Source: Oopsacas minuta
Lineage: Eukaryota > Animalia > Porifera
Direction of reading: 5' to 3'
Length of the DNA stretch: 64,000 nt
Assembly (NCBI GenBank): GCA_024704765.1
Contig: JAKMXF010000066.1
Coordinates: 124,001 to 188,000, forward strand
Shown one piece after another: positions 23,985 to 34,604 of this stretch. A program made the position numbers and the translations under genes. The notes beneath the pieces were generated by a model. That model had not been told where the DNA came from and did not search any database. It worked only from the letters and a program-made list of their open reading frames with translations. Numbering within the stretch: position 1 is the first letter of the stretch; each line of letters starts with the position of its first letter.

Positions 23985-24322
23985 TTGAAAGTGTCAAATT
24001 TAGAATCTACACCTCGATTACCCCTAATTAACAGTTAAAACGAAATCTCTAGCATGATTTTGAATAATATGCAAAAATGTGTGAAAATATGATTATTCAT
24101 ATGATAAAATCTGTGAATTTGTAACTTTCAGATTCTGAAAATCTCAAAATCGGACTTTGCGCACCTAATAATCCCTGACAACATGTTGAAACCTAATCTC
24201 TAGCTTGCTTTTGTATTTACATAGAAATGAGTGAAAATATGATTAATCACCAAAAAGGTGTGAAATATTCACTTTAGAAAAAATTCATACCCGAAGTGCA
24301 AATCTCTGACCCAATGTATGTG
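23985..24322 (+). repeat. Copy of a roughly 350-400 bp interspersed repeat family (other copies near 21425-21590, 38995-39285, 40565-40965, 54975-55345)
   Basis: Shared blocks AAAGGTGTGAAAATATGATTA.TCATATGATAAA.TCTGTGAATTTGTAACTTTCAGA, ACAACATGTTGA.A.CTAATCTCTAGCTT.CTTTTGTATTT and GTGCAAATCTC. Boundaries approximate. Confidence 0.75.
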
Positions 24323-24593
24323 AATACCTCAGGTTAGCTTAAGCATTAAATAGCTAAATTTCTTAATGGTTATTCGCTACGAGACCCAAACCATCAAGAA
24401 ATACTTAAGCTCAACCTGAGGCAATTAGCTGTCGCGTAGCGACCAAGGAAGAGAAGTCCGTTAGTAGACAATAATTTATGGAATAATAGAAACTCACATA
24501 AAATAGAAATACAATTAGGAGAAAGGCTTTATACATAACTTACTGACCACATAATTACTAAACAAAGAGTATAGAAACACACAACTTAGTAGC

Positions 24594-25838
24594 TCAGAAT
24601 AGCTGTATACAATTGGTAGGGTTACGGGATGCAACTATGATCCTATTGTCAAGATCAATGGTAAAACCTGTTGGATGAATGAACTCCCCCCGTTTCTCTC
24701 CTTCCTCACCTATCTTATGGATCAACTCTCCTTTGTAAGAAAACACAAAAACACAATGAGATTCGAAATCAGAAAGCAGAATATTGGATGCTCCATCAAT
24801 GAATATGTAAATAGGCAGTTTGACTGTATTATCTCCACCGCAAGCAATCATTTCCCTTACTGGTTGATGAGAATAATTGTACAGGATCAAACATGGACTC
24901 TGGCGACACAATACTGCGATTTCTTCTGACATCAGTTTGACACAAACGGGCCTATGCAATTTATCAATAAATGAATGGAAGCTGAGATCCAAATTCAAAC
25001 ACTGGACTCTGTTATTCTCTCCATCACTCACGTATATCCGTTTTCTTTCAACAGATACGTCAAGACCTCTTGGGGAACCGAATTCTGTTGCTACATTATT
25101 CTGGAGGAATTTTCCAATAGTAGAATACACATTCAGATGGTTCCCTATTATTTGTGTTACATAGACTTTGTCTTGCTTGATGCATATGCCAGCTGGCCCT
25201 TCCATTTTCTCGTTGAAGAGGAATAGAAACTCGAAGGAAGAATTGAATACTTGCACACGGTTAAAACCCATATCACAAACATACAAATATTTAGTTACTG
25301 GATCAACAGCTAAACCCTCAGGATAAACGAATACAGCAGGATCAGGTATAGATTTACTGTGCTTCCCGAACACTTTAACTGGACTTGTTATGCTACCGTA
25401 ATCCGGTATACCCCTACCTTTAGTGTTAAGCAGTATTTTACCTACATCTTTAAGTTTCAATTCTAATTCATCCTCCCAATCAAATGCTATACTTTTGTAC
25501 GTGTCTTTAGCAGTTTGTAACTTAGTTTCTAATTCTTTTATTCTGGATTCAATTGGAGATAAGCTCTGATCGAGCATTTCTTTATTCTCATTGTCTTTGA
25601 AGGTTGAAATAAGATTATCTTTAGAGATTTTCAGCTGATTTACCTTATCGCATACCCCTTCTCCAGTGTAGTCATCTTCAACCTGTTTTAACTTAGCTAG
25701 AAGTTCGGTTTCTCTAGCTTCTAGATGATGACGGGCTCTAGTGAATTTATCGCGTATTTCTACACGTACCTCCTGCACACGTGAAATAAACGGATCAATA
25801 TCTATATCTTTACTCCCGAGACTACTCAGACTAGCCAT
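24594..25838 (-). CDS. Coiled-coil plus NHL-repeat protein, copy 1
   Basis: Heptad-rich N-terminus, then PEGLAVDP..YLYVCD..FNRVQVF, PRGLDVS..IYVSDGENNRVQ and PTGFTID..NRIIVA repeats. Confidence 0.92.
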   Translation of the reverse strand: MASLSSLGSKDIDIDPFISRVQEVRVEIRDKFTRARHHLEARETELLAKLKQVEDDYTGEGVCDKVNQLKISKDNLISTFKDNENKEMLDQSLSPIESRIKELETKLQTAKDTYKSIAFDWEDELELKLKDVGKILLNTKGRGIPDYGSITSPVKVFGKHSKSIPDPAVFVYPEGLAVDPVTKYLYVCDMGFNRVQVFNSSFEFLFLFNEKMEGPAGICIKQDKVYVTQIIGNHLNVYSTIGKFLQNNVATEFGSPRGLDVSVERKRIYVSDGENNRVQCLNLDLSFHSFIDKLHRPVCVKLMSEEIAVLCRQSPCLILYNYSHQPVREMIACGGDNTVKLPIYIFIDGASNILLSDFESHCVFVFSYKGELIHKIGEEGEKRGEFIHPTGFTIDLDNRIIVASRNPTNCIQLF

Positions 25839-26437
25839 TATGTTATGTATTAAGTCAGTATTTAATATACTTGTAGGTGTATATATATACTTTATGAATG
25901 AGTTCGAACGAATAATACAGTATACAATTACCAGTTATGTGAGATGATGTCATCTTTCAATTGATTACAAGGAATTAAGAGAGGTATGTACTATACAATT
26001 ACTGTAAGGAGGATATTATATTTCCTATTTCTGTTGTAGGAAGATGATGGAATTTGTGTCGGGGGTTGATTGCGAGGTTAAAACTGGATTAGATGAAGGC
26101 TTAGGAGGGAAGTAGGGAGAGAAACCATTAGAGTAAGGGTTTAGATGGGTAACAAGTCGAATGTACATATATATATAACAGCAACGGAGTGGATACAATA
26201 ACATGACATGCTATGTCATTTTCCAGTTAAAGTATTAGCTCATGAAATATATATCTCTAGATTGTATTTAACCTACAGGAAAGCAAAAACAAATCGTTAT
26301 TACTTGTTTTATAGAATATAAGAATATTATTGACTTATAAAATCTGATATTCCATATTTTCTAATAATTTCTTTCAGTATAATGAATAATATATTAACAG
26401 GTTTATCAGTATCTGCTGTACGATGTTTGGAAAATAA

Positions 26438-26562
26438 CGCGACAGCTTAATACCTCAGGTTAGCTTAAGTATTAAATAACTAAATTTCTTAATGGTTATT
26501 CGCTACGCGACTCAAACCATCAAGAAATACTTAAACTCAACCTGAGGCAATTAGCTGTCGCG
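26438..26562. repeat. Long imperfect foldback (hairpin) at the duplication junction; left arm truncated in the 24323 copy
   Basis: CGCGACAGCTTAATACCTCAGGTT..CTTAAGTATT..TTTCTTAATGGTT pairs with AACCATCAAGAAATACTTAA..AACCTGAGGCAATTAGCTGTCGCG. Confidence 0.75.
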
Positions 26563-26721
26563 TAGCGATCAAGGAAGAGAAGTCCGTTAGTAGACAATAA
26601 TTTATGGAATAATAGAAACTCACATAAAATAGAAATACAATTGGGAGAAAGGCTTTATACATAACTTACTGACCACATAATTACTAAACAAAGAGTAAAT
26701 AGAAACACACAACTTAGTAGC

Positions 26722-27966
26722 TCAGAATAGCTGTATACAATTGGTAGGGTTACGGGATGCAACTATGATCCTGTTGTCAGGATCAATGGTAAAACCTGTT
26801 GGATGAATGAACTCCCCCCGTTTCTCTCCTTCCTCACCTATCTTATGGATCAACTCTCCTTTGTAAGAAAACACAAAAACACAATGAGATTCGATATCAG
26901 AAAGCAGAATATTGGATGCTCCATCAATGTATATGTACATAGGCAGTTTGACTGTATTATCTTCACCGCAAGCAATCATTTCCCTTACTGGTTGATGAGA
27001 ATAATTGTACAGGATCAAACATGGACTCTGGCGACACAATACTGCGATTTCTTCTGACATCAGTTTGACACAAACGGGCCTATACAATTCATCAATAAAT
27101 GAATGGAAGCTGAGATCCAAATTCAAACACTGGACTCTGTTATTCTCTCCATCACTCACGTATATCCGTTTTCTTTCAACAGATACGTCAAGACCTCTTG
27201 GGGAACCGAATTCTGTTGCTACATTATTCTGGAGGAATTTTCCAATAGTAGAATACACATTCAGATGGTTCCCTATTACTTGTGTTACATAGACTTTGTC
27301 CTGCTTGATGCATATGCCAGCTGGTCCTTTCATCTTCTCGTTGAAGAGGAATAGAAACTCGAAGGAAGAATTGAATACTTGCACACGGTTAAAACCCATA
27401 TCACAAACATACAAATATTTAGTTACTGGATCAACAGCTAAACCCTCAGGATAAACGAATACAGCAGGATCAGGTATAGATTTACTGTGCTTCCCGAACA
27501 CTTTAACTGGACTTGTTATGCTACCGTAATCCGGTATACCCCTACCTTTAGTGTTAAGCAGTATTTTACCTACATCTTTAAGTTTCAATTCTAATTCATC
27601 CTCCCAATCAAATGCTATACTTTTGTACGTGTCTTTAGCAGTTTGTAACTTAGTTTCTAATTCTTTTATTCTGGATTCAATTGGAGATAAGCTCTGATCG
27701 AGCATTTCTTTATTCTCATTGTCTTTGAAGGTTGAAATAAGATTATCTTTAGAGATTTTCAGCTGATTTACCTTATCGCATACCCCTTCTCCAGTGTAGT
27801 CATCTTCAACCTGTTTTAACTTAGCTAGAAGTTCGGTTTCTCTAGCTTCTAGATGATGACGGGCTCTAGTGAATTTATCGCGTATTTCTACACGTACCTC
27901 CTGCACACGTGAAATAAACGGATCAATATCTATATCTTTACTCCCGAGACTACTCAGACTAGCCAT
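26722..27966 (-). CDS. Coiled-coil plus NHL-repeat protein, copy 2
   Basis: 414 aa, differing from copy 1 at 9 residues (counted from the ORF track). Confidence 0.92.
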   Translation of the reverse strand: MASLSSLGSKDIDIDPFISRVQEVRVEIRDKFTRARHHLEARETELLAKLKQVEDDYTGEGVCDKVNQLKISKDNLISTFKDNENKEMLDQSLSPIESRIKELETKLQTAKDTYKSIAFDWEDELELKLKDVGKILLNTKGRGIPDYGSITSPVKVFGKHSKSIPDPAVFVYPEGLAVDPVTKYLYVCDMGFNRVQVFNSSFEFLFLFNEKMKGPAGICIKQDKVYVTQVIGNHLNVYSTIGKFLQNNVATEFGSPRGLDVSVERKRIYVSDGENNRVQCLNLDLSFHSFIDELYRPVCVKLMSEEIAVLCRQSPCLILYNYSHQPVREMIACGEDNTVKLPMYIYIDGASNILLSDIESHCVFVFSYKGELIHKIGEEGEKRGEFIHPTGFTIDPDNRIIVASRNPTNCIQLF

Positions 27967-28454
27967 TATGTTATGTATTAAGTCAGTATTTAATATACTT
28001 GTAGGTGTATATATATACTTTATGAATGAGTTCGAACGAATAATACAGTATACAATTACCAGTTATGTGAGATGATGTCATCTTTCAATTGATTACAAGG
28101 AATTAAGAGAGGTATGTACTATACAATTACTGTAAGGAGGATATTATATTTCCTATTTCTGTTGTAGGAAGATGATGGAATTTGTGTCGGGGGTTGATTG
28201 CGAGGTTAAAACTGGATTAGATGAAGGCTTAGGAGGGAAGTAGGGAGAGAAACCATTAGAGTAAGGGTTTAGATGGGTAACAAGTCGAATGTACATATAT
28301 ATATAACAGCAACGGAGTGGATACAATAACATGACATGCTATGTCATTTTCCAGTTAAAGTATTAGCTCATGAAATATATATCTCTAGATTGTATTTAAC
28401 CTACAGAAAAGCAAAAGCAAATCGTTATTACTTGTTTTATAGGATATAAGAATA

Positions 28455-29987
28455 TTATTGACTTATAAAATCTGATATTCCATATTTTCTAATAATTTCT
28501 TTCAGTATAATGAATAATATATTAACAGGTTTATCAGTATCTGCTGTACGATGTTTGGAAAATAACAAATACAATTGAGATAGCATATCTACAAACTTGA
28601 GCGTTGCTGAATCTATCTCATCAATACTGTAATAAGTTATAAGATTCTGATGTAGAGAAATAAAATCATTATTCATACTCGTATCCATAAATTTTTTGTT
28701 TTTATCACACAGAAGTAAGATTCTTAGAAAACTAGTCAAGCAATTGATAAATATATAATTCAATCCAGAAGAAATCAAATCTATTAGAAGTACATGATCA
28801 AAACCAGTTTGAGTTAGAAATGCTAGAAATAAACAAGTTGGATTTGGGAGTTTGGTAAAAATTATATTTTTACTTTCCAGCGATACTGTACAGTTTTTGT
28901 CAAGGAAAGAATACAATTCATAAAGAATATAAATGAATCTGAATAGACATTTATCTTCTTGACTACATAAATAGAATATAGGATTTGCTGTAGAGAACGG
29001 TTCAGAAATATAATCAGTGTAGTCACATGCAACAGTTAATAATGAAGAAATTTTCTCCAACAATAAACTACAAGTTTTGTCTAACTTAATAGCAACTAAT
29101 GAATTGTATGCTAAATTATATTTAAAGAGGTCTAAATAGAGTAATAACAAGCTTGTAAATAGCTTTATGTAACGATCCCTAATATGTAGTCTGTAGGTCA
29201 GTTTTCTGGTTTGAGTAATATCTAGAATATTTGTACTTAAATGTGAAATAAATGTTCTGTGGATTGAAATTACGAATTTTATGATATTTTCTAATCGTTT
29301 CTTTCTTTTGAATGCGAATAAATTCAAATATTTATATTGTAAATAAATTAGAACATAACAATATATCCTATTGCAAGGATATTGCATGATATTTGAATTG
29401 AGAATGATAGAAGGAAATGAAAATATGAAAGTATGGCAAATCCTCCGTATTTTAAAATTCAAATTTTGAGAATTTTTATATGTAAGAACATTAGCATTTA
29501 GTTTCACAATACGTAAAAGAGCTTTTGTAAGTAATTGAATTGATTCCAATAATATCAGGTCGAATTTTCTAGAACCAGTTGATGACTTGATAATACAGTG
29601 CCTATGAGAATATACACAAGTCACAATATTATTCCTTAATTCCAAGTTAGAAGGACATATTTTCAACAGGGATTGATAAACTTGGAGACAATATATTCGT
29701 TTCCAAGTGGATACTGTAAAAGTAGAAGTAGAACAAGGTAAAATTGGAGAAGAAGTATAACTAAATGTTCTGTAGAATGTAAACAGAGAAGGATATTGGA
29801 GAATAATACGAGTAACAACTTTATGGGATAAATAACATACACACTGATTGGAGTGAGTAGTTGTAAAGGATTGTATAAACTTTAGAAACTCAAATATTTC
29901 CTCAGGACTACATTCCAGGCCATTGTCGGATGTTCTATAGGAAATGTGTGTTAGGTTAATGAGAATAAATTTCAATTCACTATCCAT
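28455..29987 (-). CDS. LINS1: Protein Lines homolog (LINS1-like), intronless
   Basis: C-terminal PNPTCLFLAFLTQTGFDHVLLIDLISS and SQEDKCLFRFIYIL resemble, as recalled, the Lines C-terminal domain (NPHxxFLxFLxxxxFDxxVLLDFLIS; QDDxLIExL). Confidence 0.72.
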   Translation of the reverse strand: MDSELKFILINLTHISYRTSDNGLECSPEEIFEFLKFIQSFTTTHSNQCVCYLSHKVVTRIILQYPSLFTFYRTFSYTSSPILPCSTSTFTVSTWKRIYCLQVYQSLLKICPSNLELRNNIVTCVYSHRHCIIKSSTGSRKFDLILLESIQLLTKALLRIVKLNANVLTYKNSQNLNFKIRRICHTFIFSFPSIILNSNIMQYPCNRIYCYVLIYLQYKYLNLFAFKRKKRLENIIKFVISIHRTFISHLSTNILDITQTRKLTYRLHIRDRYIKLFTSLLLLYLDLFKYNLAYNSLVAIKLDKTCSLLLEKISSLLTVACDYTDYISEPFSTANPIFYLCSQEDKCLFRFIYILYELYSFLDKNCTVSLESKNIIFTKLPNPTCLFLAFLTQTGFDHVLLIDLISSGLNYIFINCLTSFLRILLLCDKNKKFMDTSMNNDFISLHQNLITYYSIDEIDSATLKFVDMLSQLYLLFSKHRTADTDKPVNILFIILKEIIRKYGISDFISQ

Positions 29988-31177
29988 TCACTAGAGGTCT
30001 ATACTAATATATAATTTAACATTTGGTTAGATAGGTCAGTTTCGAGAAGATGCTAAAACAATGCGGTCACAGAAGGAATGTTGAATGCCATTGTGGGGTG
30101 TACGATTATTACTGAAATTGCATTTGTTAATCGCTTTACTGTGAATAGACATAGCAATATTCATTTTAGCCCTAAACAAAACAGAGAATGTACGACATGG
30201 TCTTCAATCTAAGTGTGTAGACCAGGGATGTAACTGCTTGCTCTCTAAACGGCAGGTTAAACCATTTTGAGTGACAGTAAGAAATTGGGAACTCGAAATA
30301 AGGTTATTCCATTTGTAATGTACGTAGTTTAATAGTTCACGGACGTCGGGCACACTGGTCATAAAAAGTTGATCAGTTCCATCTCTGGTGGTGGATGCCC
30401 CGCTTAATAGATTCCACTATAGGGGAATGAGGCATACTTTAGAGATAATTATGTCTCATGCCATTGAATTTACCCTATAGATGGGGAATTCTACTATAAA
30501 ATTTCTTGAATATTCAATTTTTGAGCTAGATTTGGAAAAGATACACGTATTTATCGCTATGACGAAATAAACCTTTGGGTTTGTCAGTAGAAAATTTCTT
30601 ACAAATTTTGTTGTTGTCTTTTTTTCAACCAACAACCTTAAGGTATGTTAGAATAATCAAATATCATTGAAAAACAGTCGTTGGAGGAAGTGGCTATACA
30701 TTTGACTAAAAATCTCTAGTTAAAAGCCCTTTGAATTTGAAATTATAAATATAGAATGGGGAGTTATCAGGAGATTCGCCAGACCGATCTCCCCTCTTAT
30801 AGGGTTCTACTGACTACTGTATACATTTAGATGTACGTAGAAGTATAGATGTAGACCTGTTGTATGACAGTTTTACTACCTTTATTACTGGTACCATGGA
30901 TACTCTATATCCATGACAGATTTACTACATTACATGACCGAATTGGGACGCATGCATTAGCTCGAATTTAGCATGTTGTCGATAGTTCGACTCAGTTTTT
31001 GACTGTGTTGTCGATAGTTCGACTCATTCAGTTGTATGGCTGTTGTCAATGGGAAATAATTGCTGAATAGATTTGTTTTGAAAAATCACATTTCATGGCA
31101 ATTATAAACAAATTGCTTCACTGGTATAAGAAGCTTTTTGGTTTCTTGATATTATTGTATTATTTACGTCTTCGAAA

Positions 31178-33640
31178 ATGGAATACACATCAGACAGCTA
31201 TAGGCGTAGTAATAGAAAATTCTTACAACAACCGATGGGTTTAAGCAGTGGTTCTCAACCTTTTCTGGCCTTCCCCCCCTCATGAAGTTTAATCTCCCTT
31301 TTGGCCCCCCACCCTCTCTCCAAATAATTTGATATTTATTTGTTTTAATTCAAATTAACTGTAATTAATGCTAACCTTGTAATTGCTTATTAGATTCTAA
31401 TATTTCAATATCTGTACTATAACTTGATGATGATATCCTTAAATCTTCTCTGAAGTCAAGTCGCCTGCGGTGTTTTGACCTAAGAAAATTTGCTGAAGAA
31501 AACGTTTTCTCACAAAAATATGTTGTTGGAAATGGAAGCAAAAGCAATTTTTCAGCTGTTTTTAAAAGATTTGGTGCTACCCCCTTCACTAAAAACCAGA
31601 ATTCAGTTTGTTAGCACAAGAATATTTAGCTTTTGTCTCCTCATTTGCCTGTAAATATAGCAACTCCTCTACTAGTATGTTGTCTAAGTCCATCATATCT
31701 TCTAGTGACATATCCATCGGGGTTAGCAGGTATTTAGGGATTGATGGAACGTCTGAAAAGCGATTTGATGCCATATTATTCACACGTCGATTACGTATTC
31801 ACAATTGAATACATAGTATTTAGTGTCATACAAAAGCAAATTATATTTGTCAGATGTATGCCATCTTTTCGAACCCTTACATTGTAACACTTACAAAGTA
31901 TTAACAATAATTATGTCTGAGTAAGTTTATCGACGTATAATGCAAATGGGTTTTTAAAAGAGCGAGGAATTGAATACAAAGATGTAAAATAAGTGGCGAT
32001 AGCGAGGAGCCTCCTCTGACTAAATTATTTACGCACACCCAGGTATAGATGGTTCTCTCCGAATATGTATCCCCCCTCTTCGGTATTGCCATCCCCCCAA
32101 TGGAGGGATATCCCCCTGGTTGAGAAGCACTGGATTTAACTATTCTAAATATAAAGTGAAAGAAAATACAACATACCTCAGATGTGCTTTATAAAAAAAC
32201 GGGTGTAAAGGGACAGCTAAATTAAAGTTAGAAAATAATTTGATATATCCCAGTTCAATTCATTACCATGGTAATGATGAGTATAAATCAGGAGTTTATG
32301 AATTGAAGACCATATGCAAGAAAAGGGCTCAAACTTCTCAAGACAATTTAAGGGAGATTTTCGATGACGAAACAAGAACGAGTCTGTTTGCAAGTGAAAT
32401 TTCTTCCAATGAGTGTGAGTCTTCTATGTACCGTTCTAGGAGAAAATTGGAACCTAAGATCCCCCTTACAGCTATAGAATTCTCAGTTATGCTACCCGAA
32501 TCTACTTTTGCGACTCACCACAAATTTACTGTCACGACTAATAACCATACTGCTGTTGTCTTTTATCCTCAACACATGAAAAATTACCTATCAGAAATTT
32601 CCAAAATTCAGTCAGATGGGACATTTTATACAGCGCCAACCCAATTCTCCCAATTATGGACGGCATTTGTGGTAATTGATCGACATGCACTCCCAGGCAT
32701 ACATTGTTTAATGACGTCAAAAGATCAAGAACTCTATACTGCAATAATAGCCAAGATCCATTCTCTCCTTCGAGATTTCAAACCGAAAATCTCTATTTCT
32801 GACTGGGAACCAGCATCGCGAAATTGTTTTAAAGAAATTTATCCCACCATTAAAAATCAGGGATGTTGGTTCCACTTTACCCAACGTATCTGGGTCAAAA
32901 CTCAGAAGCTCGGGCTAGTTCAGAGTTTTCATGTAATCCTGAAACTGCCAATTTCATAAGTAATCTCATGGCAATACCATTTCTCCTAGCAAGTTTAATT
33001 CGTCCAATTAATACATTCCTCCAAGTACCGGATTCAACAAATCTAGAATCAGGCAAATTGGAGCAACTTCGTAAAACTTCAAGAAAGGGTGGATTCCTCA
33101 AATAAATCCCGAGGAGCTTTCTATCCATGAAGCTAAAATTACTACCAATAATGCTGCGGAAAGCTATCACGCAAAGCTAAAATCTATCATTAAAACTCCT
33201 CATTCAAGAGTATGGAATTTTCTGAAAACTCTCACAATATGATAGAAGATATAGATAATGAAATGGGGAGATTGAGACTAGGTCATAGCACTTCTAGGTC
33301 GAGGAAATCAAAGCATGTTCTAAAGGATCAACAACGCGAGGTTATTAAGGTAAAGTTCAGAATTGGCGACTTGACTCCTTGGCAGTATCTAAATGCAATG
33401 AGCAACACTATTGGTGGTACCTTTACTGAATTTGAATTCTCTGATACTGATGAGTCAGACACTTCAGACAATGAAAGCGAGAATCCAGTAGTAGAGAATA
33501 TTTGTGTTATATGTCTGATGCCGCGGACAACAACTTAGGTATTTCTACCTTGTAAGCATGCTAATTGTTGTGCAGCATGCAGCGAGAGAATAGAGGAATT
33601 GAATCAGACGTGTCTACTCACTTCATTTATTTCGAAATTG
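31178..33640 (+). pseudogene. MULE transposase pseudogene: FLYWCH-like finger, MULE DDE domain and C-terminal RING finger; interrupted by a hAT insertion, frameshifts and stops
   Basis: DGFK|YSKY...YLRC...GCKGTA...HYH; IQSDGTFYTAP, ISDWEPA..N.F...YP...GCWFHFTQ; TNNAAESYHAKLK near 33140; CVIC...*VFLPCKHANCCAAC...TC at about 33500-33615. Confidence 0.88.
31246..32132 (-). mobile_element. Non-autonomous hAT (Charlie/ZBED5-like) element, 887 bp, nested in the MULE
   Basis: TIRs CAGTGGTTCTCAACC / GGTTGAGAAGCACTG; 8-bp flanks GGTTTAAG and GATTTAAC (6 of 8 identical); residual dimerisation-domain ORF LPFPTTYFCEKTFS...RSKHRRRLD...DLR at 31371-31589. Confidence 0.88.
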
Positions 33641-34604
33641 TTACTTTTACTGAATATGATAGCAATATAAAGGAAATAATTGGACAACTTTCTCATACAG
33701 CCCATGTCAAACCAAATTCTGGTTTGGCACAACGAACTCAGTCCAATTTCTATATAAAAATACGTGGAAGAAAACTGTTCATACGAAAAATGTAAAATTA
33801 TCTTGTTTATGTCTAGTTATGTAATATACCTCTAGAGCAGAAACAGAGGAAACCATTGAAATGCATTATTATCAGTGTGATAAGGACTAAGAGTTGAACT
33901 ATACGATTTCATTACATGATCAAAGGGTAATCATTCTGTAATGCAGGGGCGTATTTGAAGGGGGCTCCATGGAGCCCCCAGTCGGTGCGCCACTGAACTT
34001 CGTCGGAGGAAAAAAGAAAGGGGTATTTTTCTCCATCTTGCTTGTTGTTGTTGTTTAAAAGATATGATTATATTCAATTTTTTGATGTAGTGATTTTACG
34101 TAACTAGTAGTATATACAATATCTAATTAGTAGTAGAAAATATATCAAGATGTCAACAAAAAGACACGCCAGTGACAGACATAAAGTCAAGTGTCATGGA
34201 TGCGACTTATGTTAAGGAATAACAACATATCTTTTGACTACTTTAGATTAAAATATTTGATTTTGCAAACTTTAGCTTATATTCTTTATTATCATTAGTT
34301 AAGTCGGAGGAATTTACGAAAAAACTCGTCGGAGCTGAAGTTATGGAGCCTCCTCCTTTGTTTGGGGCCATATGCCCCTGCTGTCATGTAAGGTAGTCAC
34401 TCTGTCATGGATATAGAGTATCCATGATACCAGTAATTGAGGTAGTAAAACTGTCATGGTAGTAAATCTGTCATACAACAGACCTTTAATCTGGGCACAA
34501 GTACTACTGCTAGAAAATATGTGTATAAATAGTCCAATCGCTTCAATTCTCATTGCAAAGTCCGTGAATATATTCATAAATAATAATACAAAAGTTCTGC
34601 GGCA

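Larger units (their letters stand above)
24323..28566. repeat. Recent tandem duplication; units 24323-26438 and 26449-28566 (offset 2126-2128)
   Basis: Near-identical sequence at constant offset covering the NHL gene, its 5' and 3' flanks and the last 112 nt of the Lines CDS. Confidence 0.95.
30854..34484 (+). mobile_element. Candidate full extent of a Mutator-like (MULE) element bounded by inverted repeats of about 85-100 bp
   Basis: 30854-30937 (CTGTTGTATGACAGTTTTACTACC...CATGGATACTCTATATCCATGACAG...TTACATGAC) is the near reverse complement of 34384-34484; a 21-bp direct repeat TGTTGTCGATAGTTCGACTCA lies at 30974 and 31006. No TSD found. Confidence 0.5.

Noticed and set aside
24675-27354. 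Plus-strand ORFs overlapping the NHL genes, present in both copies
   Set aside because: Antisense shadows repeated only because of the duplication; no motifs.
33536-33538. TGG-to-TAG stop in the MULE RING as an APOBEC editing footprint
   Set aside because: A single G-to-A change is not a signature; it needs consensus-based context statistics.
33944-33995. Perfect GC hairpin GGGGGCTCCATGGAGCCCCC between CAGGGGCG and CGCCACTG, resembling a terminator
   Set aside because: More likely a tiny TIR-element remnant; no U-tract, no TSD and the host is eukaryotic.
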